IMG/VR virus record: IMGVR_UViG_2778261229_000003
Location: 1 to 35,937 of that record
Reading direction: 5' to 3' (one strand)
Source: a virus
Taxonomy: Duplodnaviria > Heunggongvirae > Uroviricota > Caudoviricetes
DNA: 35,937 bases
Below the pieces are notes generated by a model. The model ran no database searches. It worked only from the letters and a program-made list of their open reading frames with translations, and was not told the origin of the DNA. Position numbers and translations under genes: made by a program. The stretch's first letter is position 1. Each line of letters opens with the position of its first letter. Positions 15,360 through 24,828 of this stretch are shown in pieces.

Positions 15360-15721
15360 CAATGGATTATTCACAGTTAAGTGATTTTGAAATTAACGTG
15401 GCGGTATTCGAAGCCATTCATAACGGATCACCGGATTACAAAGAAGGTGAGAATGGCGATATGGTGTTTGTCTCATTTGAGGGAGACATTGTAAACGGAG
15501 ACGCAGTTGAAGTAGAAGTTGAGCGCGGATCCTTTAACCCATGCGCAAACCCAGCAGACGCATGGCCGATTATTGAAAAATACAGGATTAGCATTATCAA
15601 TCTCGATGAAGACGAGTGGGGTGCACGCGGTGTGGCCTACTGTAAATCTAAGCGAGCTATACATGAAAATCCCCTCCGCGCCGCCATGATTGTCTTTCTC
15701 ATGATGCAGAGAATCCAATAA
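15356..15721 (+). CDS. ninX: NinX-like protein (DUF2591)
   Basis: [46 protein letters not shown]...; ATGA overlap with ninE; start could also be ATG 15362. Confidence 0.55.
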   Translation: MTMDYSQLSDFEINVAVFEAIHNGSPDYKEGENGDMVFVSFEGDIVNGDAVEVEVERGSFNPCANPADAWPIIEKYRISIINLDEDEWGARGVAYCKSKRAIHENPLRAAMIVFLMMQRIQ

Positions 15722-15897
15722 TGCTTAGCCCATCCCAATCCCTTCAATACCAGAAAGAAAGCGTCGAGCGGGCTTTAACGTGCGCTAACTGCGGTCAGAA
15801 GCTGCATGTGCTGGAAGTTCACGTGTGTGAGCACTGCTGCGCAGAACTGATGAGCGATCCGAATAGCTCAATGTACGAGGAAGAAGACGATGAGTGA
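15721..15897 (+). CDS. ninF: NinF protein
   Basis: 58-aa [61 protein letters not shown] matching lambda NinF from memory; below track cutoff. Confidence 0.8.
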   Translation: MLSPSQSLQYQKESVERALTCANCGQKLHVLEVHVCEHCCAELMSDPNSSMYEEEDDE

Positions 15898-16159
15898 TTT
15901 CTCTGAGCTTATTTCCTTCAAAAAAGACAGAGAAGAAATGCGGACTGAATCTGTCTATTACGTTCAACACCGGAATAAACGCTCGGTGCTTGATCAGGAG
16001 TTGGTTATTACCGGAGACCTGGCATTCAGAACATATAAGGCCAGCATGGAAATGAAGGATTTCCCTAAATGTGGTTCTGAAAGAGAAGCCGCGTTAAAGC
16101 TGGCTGAGTGGATGCAGAGAATGGCTGCTGCAATTGAGAATTACTGGAGTGAACCATAA
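15890..16159 (+). CDS. Hypothetical nin-region protein (89 aa)
   Basis: ORF overlapping ninF stop; no recognised motif. Confidence 0.45.
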   Translation: MSDFSELISFKKDREEMRTESVYYVQHRNKRSVLDQELVITGDLAFRTYKASMEMKDFPKCGSEREAALKLAEWMQRMAAAIENYWSEP

Positions 16160-16449
16160 TGGCTAACCTACGCAAAGAAGCGCGCGGCAGAGAATGCCAG
16201 GTACGTATTTACGGCGTATGCAATGGTAATCCTGAAACTACAGTTCTGGCACATTACCGGATGGCTGGAATTTGCGGAACGGGAATGAAGCCTGACGACC
16301 TGATCGGCGCATGGGCTTGTAGCGCGTGTCACGATGAAATCGACCGACGCACCCATAATCTCGACAACAAAGACGCCAGACTTTACCACCTCGAAGGTGT
16401 GATCAGGACGCAGGCGATACTGCTGAAGGAGGGGAAGATTAAGTCATGA
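16159..16449 (+). CDS. Cysteine/histidine-rich nin-region protein (DUF1364-like, possible zinc-binding/HNH-like)
   Basis: 96-aa ORF with CQVRIYGVCNG ... CSACHDEID pattern. Confidence 0.45.
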   Translation: MANLRKEARGRECQVRIYGVCNGNPETTVLAHYRMAGICGTGMKPDDLIGAWACSACHDEIDRRTHNLDNKDARLYHLEGVIRTQAILLKEGKIKS

Positions 16450-16841
16450 AAACCTACCGAATAAAATTGCCGTGGCCTCCTTCAAACAACCGATATTGGC
16501 GACACTCAAGAGGGAACCACTACATCAGCGACTGGGGGAAGAGATACCGAAAAGAAGTAATCGAATTAATCCAGCAACAACAGCTAGACATCAAAATCAC
16601 ACCTCGCATCAGAATAACCATCCACGCAGCACCTCCCGATAACCGCAAACGAGATTTGGACAATCTGCCCAAAGCCGTTTTTGACGCACTCACCAGTGCG
16701 GGCTTCTGGCTGGATGACGGTCAGATAGACGATATGCGCGTCAAGCGCTATCAGGCGATTAAAGGTGGAATGCTTGTGTTGGTTGTGACTGAAACATGCG
16801 GCAGTTTGCCAATGATTACAGAGCTACTGGAGGCCATATGA
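16446..16841 (+). CDS. rusA: Holliday junction resolvase RusA
   Basis: 131-aa ORF MKTYRIKLPWPPSNNRYW... with acidic catalytic region DLDNLPKAVFDAL...WLDDGQIDD typical of RusA. Confidence 0.8.
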   Translation: MKTYRIKLPWPPSNNRYWRHSRGNHYISDWGKRYRKEVIELIQQQQLDIKITPRIRITIHAAPPDNRKRDLDNLPKAVFDALTSAGFWLDDGQIDDMRVKRYQAIKGGMLVLVVTETCGSLPMITELLEAI

Positions 16842-16884
16842 CGTTCTCAGTAAAAACCATTCCAGATAACAAGGGAGAAATCGC

Positions 16885-17373
16885 ATGGGCATAAGAGAAC
16901 TAAACCTCACCAAAGAACAGCATGAGTGGCTGAATGGCTGGCTTGAACTGTGGGGCGCATGGGTTTATTCAGGTCGTCTGGAAAAGCGCATGAGCAGCGT
17001 AATAGCGAAGTTCATGGAGAGCGTAGAGCCGGGAAGAGTTATGACAAGGCCAATGTGTAATGATGATGATGGAATGTTGATTTCTCAGGTCGTCGATTCC
17101 GTCATGTGCATTGACAAGAAAGCCTTTGGCATCCTCCTCAGCTACTACGCTCATGGCTCTTCCAAGCACGCCATTGCATCTTACTATCATTGCGTCGCAA
17201 GACCTCGCAAGATGTTATGCCGTGGCGGTGGGCGCATTCAAAAACCATCGCTCGCAACCTGTCGACGGGAAGTTGACGAAATCCTTAATGCCTCGTTGTT
17301 TATGATTTACCCGGTTCTGGATAGTGCGTTTAAAAATCGGAAACGTGTAGAGAAAATTAAACATGTAGCATAG
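16885..17373 (+). CDS. Q: Late-gene antiterminator Q (phage 21/82-type, not lambda-type)
   Basis: 162-aa ORF in the Q position (after rusA, before lysis genes); LELWGAW and Cys-rich segments resemble Q21-family antiterminators, unlike lambda Q. Confidence 0.6.
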   Translation: MGIRELNLTKEQHEWLNGWLELWGAWVYSGRLEKRMSSVIAKFMESVEPGRVMTRPMCNDDDGMLISQVVDSVMCIDKKAFGILLSYYAHGSSKHAIASYYHCVARPRKMLCRGGGRIQKPSLATCRREVDEILNASLFMIYPVLDSAFKNRKRVEKIKHVA

Positions 17374-17460
17374 AACGTGTTGACATCATTGAGCAAATGA
17401 GCAACACTATTCGCATAAGCTGCCGTTAGTGACTCTTAAGTTGCAACGGTGGCTTTTTTT
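17374..17460 (+). promoter_or_regulatory. Candidate late promoter (pR'-like) and short leader ending in a T-run
   Basis: TTGACA at 17380-17385 just after the Q stop; T8 tract at 17453-17460 preceded by a weak hairpin; elements not confirmed. Confidence 0.25.
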
Positions 17461-17756
17461 GTTTGCACAACAGGTAAGAGCATTGAACCAGCAGACCTCG
17501 CGGAATTGGTGAAAGGTGCCGCGCAGTGCTCTTATCGTTGTGGTGAAGCTCAATGGCGAGCTAGCAGATAGGCGACAGTGAAAATACTAGTCATGTAGCT
17601 GACCGCCGCGCGTACTGCAATCGGCAGCGCACCGATGGAAGCCGGTTCGATTCCGGCCGCCACAACCCAAACTGAGCCGTAGCCACTGACTATCCTGAAT
17701 TCATCAGTGATAGTTACGCTGCGGCCTTCTACACATGATCTTCGTGAAAGCGGGTG

Positions 17757-17790
17757 GCAGGTGGTCGCGCTAACAACCTCCTGCCGTTTT
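17757..17790 (+). terminator. Hairpin + T-run structure in the Q-S leader
   Basis: GCAGGTGGT-CGCGCTAACA-ACCTCCTGC followed by CGTTTTG; 8 of 9 stem pairs. Confidence 0.4.
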
Positions 17791-17910
17791 GCCCGTGCAT
17801 ATCGGTCACGAACAAATCTGATTACTAAACACAGTAGCCTGGATTTGTTCTATCAGTAATCGACCTTATTCCTAATTAAATAGAGCAAATCCCCTTATTG
17901 GGGGTAAGAC

Positions 17911-18234
17911 ATGAAGATGCCAGAAAAACATGACCTGTTAGCCGCCATTCTCGCGGCAAAGGAACAAGGCATCGGGGCAATCCTTGCGTTTGCAATGGCG
18001 TACCTTCGCGGCAGATATAATGGCGGTGCGTTTACAAAAACAGTAATCGACGCAACGATGTGCGCCATTATCGCCTGGTTCATTCGTGACCTTCTCGACT
18101 TCGCCGGACTAAGTAGCAACCTCGCTTATATAACGAGCGTGTTCATCGGCTACATCGGTACTGACTCGATTGGTTCGCTTATCAAACGCTTCGCTGCTAA
18201 AAAAGCCGGAGTAGAAGATGGTGGAAATCAATAA
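17911..18234 (+). CDS. S: Holin/antiholin S (class I, dual-start MKM)
   Basis: 107-aa [37 protein letters not shown]... matching lambda S from memory; three TM segments. Confidence 0.9.
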   Translation: MKMPEKHDLLAAILAAKEQGIGAILAFAMAYLRGRYNGGAFTKTVIDATMCAIIAWFIRDLLDFAGLSSNLAYITSVFIGYIGTDSIGSLIKRFAAKKAGVEDGGNQ

Positions 18235-18694
18235 TCAACGTAAGGCGTTCCTCGATATGCTGGCGTGGTCAGAGGGAACAGATAACGGACGACAGAAAAC
18301 CAGAAATCATGGTTATGACGTCATTGTTGGTGGAGAGCTATTCACTGATTACTCCGATCACCCTCGCAAACTTGTCACGCTAAACCCAAAACTCAAATCA
18401 ACAGCAGCCGGACGTTACCAGCTTCTTTCCCGTTGGTGGGATGCCTACCGTAAGCAGCTTGGCCTGAAAGATTTCTCTCCGAAAAGCCAGGACGCTGTGG
18501 CATTGCAGCAGATTAAGGAACGTGGCGCTTTGCCGATGATTGATCGCGGTGATATCCGTCAGGCAATCGACCGTTGCAGCAATATCTGGGCTTCACTGCC
18601 GGGCGCTGGTTATGGTCAGTTCGAGCATAAGGCTGACAGCCTGATTGCAAAATTCAAAGAGGCTGGCGGAACGGTCAGAGAGATTGAGGTATGA
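18218..18694 (+). CDS. R: Endolysin R (lytic transglycosylase)
   Basis: 158-aa [38 protein letters not shown]... matching lambda R from memory; overlaps S end. Confidence 0.9.
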   Translation: MVEINNQRKAFLDMLAWSEGTDNGRQKTRNHGYDVIVGGELFTDYSDHPRKLVTLNPKLKSTAAGRYQLLSRWWDAYRKQLGLKDFSPKSQDAVALQQIKERGALPMIDRGDIRQAIDRCSNIWASLPGAGYGQFEHKADSLIAKFKEAGGTVREIEV

Positions 18695-19158
18695 ACAGAG
18701 TCACCGCGATTATCTCCGCTCTGGTTATCTGCATCATCGTCTGCCTGTCATGGGCTGTTAATCATTACCGTGATAACGCCATGACCTACAAAGAGCAGCG
18801 CGATAAAAAAGTCAGTGAGCTGAAGCAGGCGACTGCCACCATTACTGACATGCAGCAGCGCCAGCGTACTGCTGATGCACTAGATGCTAAATACACGAAG
18901 GAGTTAGCTGATGCGAAAGCTGAAAATGATGCTCTTCGGCGCAAGCTTGATAATGGTGGCAGGGTGCTCGTCAAAGGAAAATGCCCTGTGCCAGCCTCAA
19001 CCGAAACCTCCCGCGCCTCCGGCATGGGCAATGATGCCACCGTCGAACTCTCTCCAGTTGCTGGACGAAACGTTCTCGGTGTCCGGGACGGAATCATCAG
19101 AGACCAGACAGCACTGAGAACGCTTCAGGAATACATCAGGACGCAATGCCTTCGATGA
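18691..19158 (+). CDS. Rz: Inner-membrane spanin Rz
   Basis: 155-aa ORF with N-terminal TM helix [20 protein letters not shown] and coiled-coil; ATGA-overlaps R. Confidence 0.85.
   Translation: MNRVTAIISALVICIIVCLSWAVNHYRDNAMTYKEQRDKKVSELKQATATITDMQQRQRTADALDAKYTKELADAKAENDALRRKLDNGGRVLVKGKCPVPASTETSRASGMGNDATVELSPVAGRNVLGVRDGIIRDQTALRTLQEYIRTQCLR
18911..19117 (+). CDS. Rz1: Outer-membrane lipoprotein spanin Rz1 (embedded in Rz, +1 frame)
   Basis: 68-aa ORF inside Rz with lipobox MVAGC and proline-rich segment [11 protein letters not shown]. Confidence 0.8.
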   Translation: MRKLKMMLFGASLIMVAGCSSKENALCQPQPKPPAPPAWAMMPPSNSLQLLDETFSVSGTESSETRQH

Positions 19159-19331
19159 TAGCGATAATTTTACTCATCATTCTTCACATCTGGCTCTGTA
19201 GACAGGGTGGTGATCACTTCTGGAGTAAATCCAGATTAAACATCTCATTGCTGATGCTTGATATTGAGCATCTGGCGCGCGGTAAGGGGCTGCGTTGAGA
19301 TAAGAGCCAGTCATTACAAATACCAGGATTT

Positions 19332-19358
19332 AGCCTCGCATTTGCGGGGCTTTTTTTA
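19332..19358 (+). terminator. Rho-independent terminator downstream of the lysis cassette
   Basis: Hairpin AGCCTCGCA-TT-TGCGGGGCT followed by TTTTTTT. Confidence 0.6.
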
Positions 19359-19542
19359 CATCTGAATTTCACAGCGCATCTCACGCGCATATTACATCAC
19401 CCGAGCCTTTCAGAAAGTTGAGCCTGAGAACTGCCGTATATGGTGGCGACCATCTCGGGGCGGCTTTTCTGTGAGACAGGCTCACTTTCTAAAAGGTAAA
19501 GACGCTATGAATCATCAATTGGCTAATCTCGATTTCCGGGAC

Positions 19543-20026
19543 ATGGTGGTTGTTTCTGGTGATCGCGTGATCACAACCTACCCGCAAGGTAGCAGCTTAC
19601 TTCGACAAGCAGCATCACCACATCATTCAGAAAATCGAAAAGCTAGACTGTTCGGATGAATTTCTAACCAGCAACTTTTCGCGGGTTACCTATGAACACA
19701 AGGGTAATCAGTATGTTGAATATGAAATTTCCAAAGACGGCGCGATGTACATCATCATGTCGTTTACCGGCAAAAAAGCTGCCGCCATCAAAGAGGCGTT
19801 TATCAAGGCATTTAATTGGATGCGTGACAGGCTGATGGAGATGGCTCGCTCATACCAAAGAGAGCACAACGAGTTAATGCTGGAGTTCATGAAGGAAAAG
19901 GATGTTGCCAGTATGTCAGGACGCTTGCTGAACCGCTGGGGCAGGATCAAAAAACCGCAACTCATAGCAAGAATCGAAAGGCTTGAGCAGCAGGCGCAAA
20001 TATCGATCCCCGGACTGCCAAAGTGA
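19543..20026 (+). pseudogene. rha: rha-family regulatory gene disrupted by a frameshift
   Basis: Frame A (MVVVSGDRVITT..., stop 19659) and frame B (from 19571: ...RKVAAYFDKQHHHIIQKIEKLDCSDEF...MYIIMSFTGKKAAAIKEAFIKAFNWM...) together form a Rha-like protein; frames differ by 1 nt near 19576-19583. Confidence 0.55.
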
Positions 20027-20378
20027 CCATTCCAAAGCCCATCTACGGGTGGGCTTGATAATGAAACCGTGATTTACATCCCCACAATCCGGGTATGTAA
20101 AAGATAGTTCAGGCGAGAACAGATTTAACTAAATCTGTGCACCACCAGTTGCGGCAGTACCGCGAAACAACCCAAGCCAGTAAGTGGGGAAATAACACTG
20201 GCAGCCACTGAAAGATGAACCTCCTGCCTTATGGCAAAAAAGATTCTTTGTGGTGGCGGACTGATGGAAAGACATCGGTTATTGCAGAGGCCATTCAATG
20301 AGTGGTCTCGACAATGGCTTATACCCTACACGGGATAACTTAACTGATATCCTTTTTAACGGATAAACGGAGCCAACA

Positions 20379-20621
20379 ATGGCAGAGATTATTCCCATGA
20401 CTGAAGAACAGAAATTCCAGTTAGAGATTTACAAACTGGTCATGAACCAGAACGCAGCCGCAGAAGAAGCATTTCAATTCATTGGCACTGACGAGCTGAA
20501 GCTTGAGCTATTCAAAATTCACTTCCAGTCAGGCGGCGCTAATTCAGATATCACGACCCGCACTATCGAAGCGGTGCGTAAATCGAAGGAAGCGTTAGAC
20601 CTGTTCACTACCGGAGCATAA
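20379..20621 (+). CDS. Hypothetical protein (80 aa) upstream of terminase
   Basis: ORF MAEIIPMTEEQKFQLEIYKLVMNQ...; GGAG-type RBS; no recognised motif. Confidence 0.4.
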   Translation: MAEIIPMTEEQKFQLEIYKLVMNQNAAAEEAFQFIGTDELKLELFKIHFQSGGANSDITTRTIEAVRKSKEALDLFTTGA

Positions 20622-20700
20622 ACATGGCAACTCAAGGTTTCGACAACCCATCCAAATTCCGCGATGAATGGGATAAGCAAGCAGAAGGGAAATAATCAAT

Positions 20701-21126
20701 ATGGCGACTGAGAAAAAGAATGTCGGTCGCCCTTCGGATTACCTGCCGGAGGTGGCTGATGATATCTGTGCGCTGCTTGCCTCCGGGGAAAGTCTGGTTA
20801 AGGTTTGCAAGCGCCCAGGCATGCCAGCAAAGGCTACTGTATTTCGCTGGCTGTCAGAGCATGAAGAATTTAGAGACAAGTACGCGAAGGCAACTGAGGC
20901 GCGAGCTGATTCTATTTTCGAAGAGATATTCGAAATTGCTGACACTGCGATTCCAGATGCTGCTGAGGTGGCAAAGGCAAGACTTCGCGTTGATACCCGC
21001 AAATGGGCGTTGGCCCGAATGAATCCCCGTAAGTATGGCGACAAGGTAACTAACGAGCTTGTCGGCAAAGACGGCGGCGCAATCCAGATTGAAACATCAC
21101 CGATGAGCACTCTGTTCGGAAAATGA
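20701..21126 (+). CDS. Terminase small subunit (Sf6 gp1-type)
   Basis: 141-aa ORF MATEKKNVGRPSDYLPEVADDICALLASGESLVKVCKRPGMP... matching Sf6 small terminase from memory. Confidence 0.8.
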   Translation: MATEKKNVGRPSDYLPEVADDICALLASGESLVKVCKRPGMPAKATVFRWLSEHEEFRDKYAKATEARADSIFEEIFEIADTAIPDAAEVAKARLRVDTRKWALARMNPRKYGDKVTNELVGKDGGAIQIETSPMSTLFGK

Positions 21127-22538
21127 CCTCGATTAATCCTATCTTTGAACCGTTCATTGAGGCGCATCGCTACAAAGTCGCCAAAGGCGGTCGAGGTAGC
21201 GGTAAGTCATGGGCAATTGCGAGACTGCTTGTTGAAGCGGCGCGTCGTCAGCCAGTGCGTATTCTCTGCGCTCGTGAACTGCAAAACAGTATCAGCGATT
21301 CGGTAATCCGGTTGCTTGAAGATACCATCGAGCGTGAAGGGTATTCGGCTGAGTTTGAAATTCAGCGTTCCATGATTCGTCATCTCGGAACGAATGCTGA
21401 GTTCATGTTCTACGGCATCAAAAACAACCCGACGAAGATTAAATCGCTCGAAGGTATTGATATCTGCTGGGTGGAAGAAGCGGAAGCGGTAACGAAGGAA
21501 TCATGGGATATCCTGATACCAACCATCCGCAAGCCGTTTTCCGAAATATGGGTGAGCTTTAACCCGAAGAACATCCTCGACGATACCTATCAGCGATTCG
21601 TTGTAAATCCTCCCGATGATATTTGCCTGCTGACGGTGAACTACACCGACAATCCGCACTTTCCTGAAGTTCTCCGTCTGGAGATGGAAGAGTGTAAACG
21701 CAGAAATCCGACACTGTATCGTCACATCTGGCTTGGTGAGCCGGTAAGCGCAAGTGATATGGCAATCATCAAACGTGAATGGCTTGAAGCCGCAACCGAT
21801 GCGCACAAGAAACTCGGATGGAAAGCGAAAGGCGCGGTTGTTTCTGCTCATGACCCATCAGATACAGGGCCAGATGCTAAAGGTTACGCATCGCGTCACG
21901 GTTCGGTAGTTAAGCGCATTGCCGAAGGCCTGCTGATGGACATCAATGAAGGTGCTGACTGGGCAACTTCGCTGGCTATTGAAGACGGCGCTGACCACTA
22001 TTTGTGGGATGGTGATGGTGTTGGTGCGGGGCTGCGCAGACAGACAACGGAAGCATTCTCCGGTAAGAAAATCACCGCCACGATGTTTAAGGGCAGCGAA
22101 TCGCCATTCGATGAAGATGCGCCGTATCAGGCCGGAGCATGGGCTGATGAAGTCGTACAGGGCGACAACGTTCGCACTATTGGCGATGTGTTCCGCAATA
22201 AGCGAGCGCAATTCTATTACGCGCTGGCTGACAGGCTGTATCTGACATATCGGGCGGTTGTCCACGGTGAGTATGCAGATCCCGACGACATGCTGAGTTT
22301 CGACAAAGAAGCGATAGGCGAGAAGATGCTGGAGAAGCTGTTTGCAGAACTGACGCAGATTCAGCGCAAATTCAATAATAACGGGAAGCTGGAGCTTATG
22401 ACTAAGGTCGAAATGAAGCAGAAGCTCGGTATTCCATCTCCTAACCTGGCTGATGCGCTGATGATGTGTATGCATTGCCCGGAGTCGGCTGCGCAACCCG
22501 ACTATTCCAGTTACTCAATTCCTTGTGGTGTAGGTTGA
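21123..22538 (+). CDS. Terminase large subunit
   Basis: 471-aa ORF with Walker A KGGRGSGKS and nuclease domain; ATGA-coupled to terS. Confidence 0.85.
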   Translation: MTSINPIFEPFIEAHRYKVAKGGRGSGKSWAIARLLVEAARRQPVRILCARELQNSISDSVIRLLEDTIEREGYSAEFEIQRSMIRHLGTNAEFMFYGIKNNPTKIKSLEGIDICWVEEAEAVTKESWDILIPTIRKPFSEIWVSFNPKNILDDTYQRFVVNPPDDICLLTVNYTDNPHFPEVLRLEMEECKRRNPTLYRHIWLGEPVSASDMAIIKREWLEAATDAHKKLGWKAKGAVVSAHDPSDTGPDAKGYASRHGSVVKRIAEGLLMDINEGADWATSLAIEDGADHYLWDGDGVGAGLRRQTTEAFSGKKITATMFKGSESPFDEDAPYQAGAWADEVVQGDNVRTIGDVFRNKRAQFYYALADRLYLTYRAVVHGEYADPDDMLSFDKEAIGEKMLEKLFAELTQIQRKFNNNGKLELMTKVEMKQKLGIPSPNLADALMMCMHCPESAAQPDYSSYSIPCGVG

Positions 22539-22539
22539 T

Positions 22540-24738
22540 ATGGCAGAAAAAAAGATGACTGACTGGCATCGCAAGGTGCTGTGCAACTTTGATAATGCCT
22601 GGTCAGCAACGCAGGATATGCGTGAGCAGATTATTGAGGCTCAACGTTTCGTCCGGGTATCCGGCGCACAGTGGGAAGGCAGCACAAACGCTGGTTACTC
22701 ATTTGATGAAGGCAGGTTTGAGCATTACCCGCGCTTTGAACTGAATAAGATTGCCCGTGAATGTGATCGCATCATTGGCGAGTATCGACAGAATCGCATC
22801 AGCGTTAAATTCAGGCCGAAGGACGATAAGGCATCGGAAGCGTTAGCCGAAAAGATGAACGGCAAATTCCGCGCTGACTATCAGGAAACATCCGGTGGCG
22901 AAGCGTGTGATAACGCATTTGATGATGCTGTAACGGGCGGATTCGGTTGTTTCCGCATGTGTGCCGATTACGAAGATGAAATGGATCCGAGTAACGAGCA
23001 GCGACGCATCAGCCTTCTTCCTGTTTACGACCCAGCGACATGCGTCTTCTTCGATCAGGACAGCAAGCAATATGACCGCTCTGATGCTATGTGGGCTATG
23101 GAAATGTTCTCCATGACGCCTAAAGCGTTCGAGGCTGAATACCCTGATTCCATCGCGGCAAGCCTTTCTCGTGATGACACTGGCACTCAATATGACTGGT
23201 CAACGCCAGATGCCATCTATGTTGGTCGCTACTACGAAGTTCGCATAGAGAAGGTGAAGCTCACGGCATGGCGCAACCCTGTTAGCGGAGAAACGGCAAT
23301 CTATGATGAAGAGCAAATCAAAGATATTGTCGACGAGCTGACCGATGGCGCATTCGAACTGATTGGTGAGCGGACAGTGAAGAAACGCAGAGTTTATTGC
23401 GGTCTTCTGTCTGGCGCTGAATGGCTGGAAGAACCGAAGCGTATTCCGGGCGAACATATTCCTCTCATCCCGGTATATGGGCGTCGCTCATTTGTTGATA
23501 ATCAGGAGCGAATCGAAGGCCACGCAGCAAAAGCGATGGATGCACAGCGTCTTGAGAACCTGATGGTTTCCATGATTGCAGATAACGCTACTCAGGCTGG
23601 CGGTGATGGAATTCCTGTAGTTGATGTTGACATGATTCCTGGTCCTCTCGCCACTCATTGGGCGGAGCGCAACAAAAAGCGCCCGGCGTTCCTGCCGATG
23701 GTAAGTCTGAAAAACAAAAACGGAGATATTACTGCGCAGGCTCAGGTCAGCAGTTATACACCTCCGACACAAATGCCTCCTGCTCTTGCCGGGCTATTGC
23801 AGTACACCGGAACGGCTATTCAGCAAATTACAGGCGCGTCGCAGCTTGAGAACATGCCGAGCAACGTCGCCACCGATACCGTTGATAGCATCTTTAACCG
23901 GATGGACACGCAGTCCTATATCTACATGGACAACATGGCTAAATCCATGCGTCGCGCTGGTGTTGTGTGGCTTTCTATGGCGCGTGAGGTCTATGGCAGT
24001 GATACGCCGATGCGTATCGTTAATGAGGACGGCAGCGATGACGTGGCGCTGATGACTGGTGAAGTGGTTGACCGTCAGACAGGGCAGGTTATCGCGCTTA
24101 ATGACCTTTCGCATGGCAACTATGAAGTGACTGTCGATGTCGGTCAGTCGTTCGCTACTCGCCGTGATGCAACGGTTAAGTCGTTACTTTCCATGCTGGC
24201 ACTTATCCCACCAGGAACGCCGAAGCACGACCTTGTATCGTCGATGATTCTCGACAATATGGACGGCGAAGGGATGGACGACCTTAAAGAATACAACCGC
24301 AATCAGTTGCTTCTGTCTGGAGTTATCAAGCCGAGAACACCAGAAGAACAGCAGATGGTTGAGCAGGCGAAACAACAACAGGACAGTCAGCCAGATCCGG
24401 CTATGGTTGCAGCGCAAGGTCAGCTTCTTGCAGGTCAGGCTGAATTGCAGAAAGCGCAGAACGAACAGGCAGCCATTCAGGTTAAAGCATTCCAGGCACA
24501 GACTGATGCTCAGGTTGCAGCGGCAAACGTTGTGAAAATCCTCGCATCTGCCGATAGCCAGCAGAAATCTGATATCCGCGAGGCTCTGAAACTGCTCGGA
24601 CAGTTCCAGCAACAGCAAGGAGACAATGCCCGTGCTGATGCAGAGCTTGTCCTGAAAAGTCAGGCGCAGGGCCATGCGCAGCGCATGGACATCAGCAGCA
24701 TCCTGCAAAAATCAACTCAGCAACAACCACAGCAGTAA
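22540..24738 (+). CDS. Portal protein (P22 gp1-like)
   Basis: 732-aa ORF; segments RRVYCGLLSGAEWLEEPKRIPGEHIPLIPVYG and C-terminal PEEQQMVEQAKQQQDSQPDPAMVAAQGQLLAGQAELQKAQN resemble P22 portal. Confidence 0.85.
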   Translation: MAEKKMTDWHRKVLCNFDNAWSATQDMREQIIEAQRFVRVSGAQWEGSTNAGYSFDEGRFEHYPRFELNKIARECDRIIGEYRQNRISVKFRPKDDKASEALAEKMNGKFRADYQETSGGEACDNAFDDAVTGGFGCFRMCADYEDEMDPSNEQRRISLLPVYDPATCVFFDQDSKQYDRSDAMWAMEMFSMTPKAFEAEYPDSIAASLSRDDTGTQYDWSTPDAIYVGRYYEVRIEKVKLTAWRNPVSGETAIYDEEQIKDIVDELTDGAFELIGERTVKKRRVYCGLLSGAEWLEEPKRIPGEHIPLIPVYGRRSFVDNQERIEGHAAKAMDAQRLENLMVSMIADNATQAGGDGIPVVDVDMIPGPLATHWAERNKKRPAFLPMVSLKNKNGDITAQAQVSSYTPPTQMPPALAGLLQYTGTAIQQITGASQLENMPSNVATDTVDSIFNRMDTQSYIYMDNMAKSMRRAGVVWLSMAREVYGSDTPMRIVNEDGSDDVALMTGEVVDRQTGQVIALNDLSHGNYEVTVDVGQSFATRRDATVKSLLSMLALIPPGTPKHDLVSSMILDNMDGEGMDDLKEYNRNQLLLSGVIKPRTPEEQQMVEQAKQQQDSQPDPAMVAAQGQLLAGQAELQKAQNEQAAIQVKAFQAQTDAQVAAANVVKILASADSQQKSDIREALKLLGQFQQQQGDNARADAELVLKSQAQGHAQRMDISSILQKSTQQQPQQ

Positions 24739-24828
24739 TTAACCCATAACGTGCAATGGCTGTCTTTATGAGGCCTGGCACCTTATTGCCTTCCGATGGG
24801 CTGAACATCGAGTAAACAGGGGTAACAA

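Noticed and set aside
15785-15970. 61-aa minus-strand ORF in the nin region
   Set aside because: Antisense to ninF and orf89, which are co-directional with the whole rightward operon.
17539-17665. Possible tRNA gene suggested by the T-arm-like motif GCCGG-TTCGATT-CCGGC (17641-17657) followed by CGCCACA
   Set aside because: No acceptor, D or anticodon stems can be paired within a tRNA-sized span; the only complementary acceptor strand (TGTGGTG at 17539) is ~127 nt upstream and the intervening sequence lacks a cloverleaf. Treated as a coincidental or remnant motif.
21858-22496. 212-aa minus-strand ORF inside terL (similar long antisense ORFs at 26161-27048 in coat and 24184-24708 in portal)
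   Set aside because: Antisense to well-supported conserved structural genes; no RBS; typical long antisense ORFs of GC-balanced coding regions.
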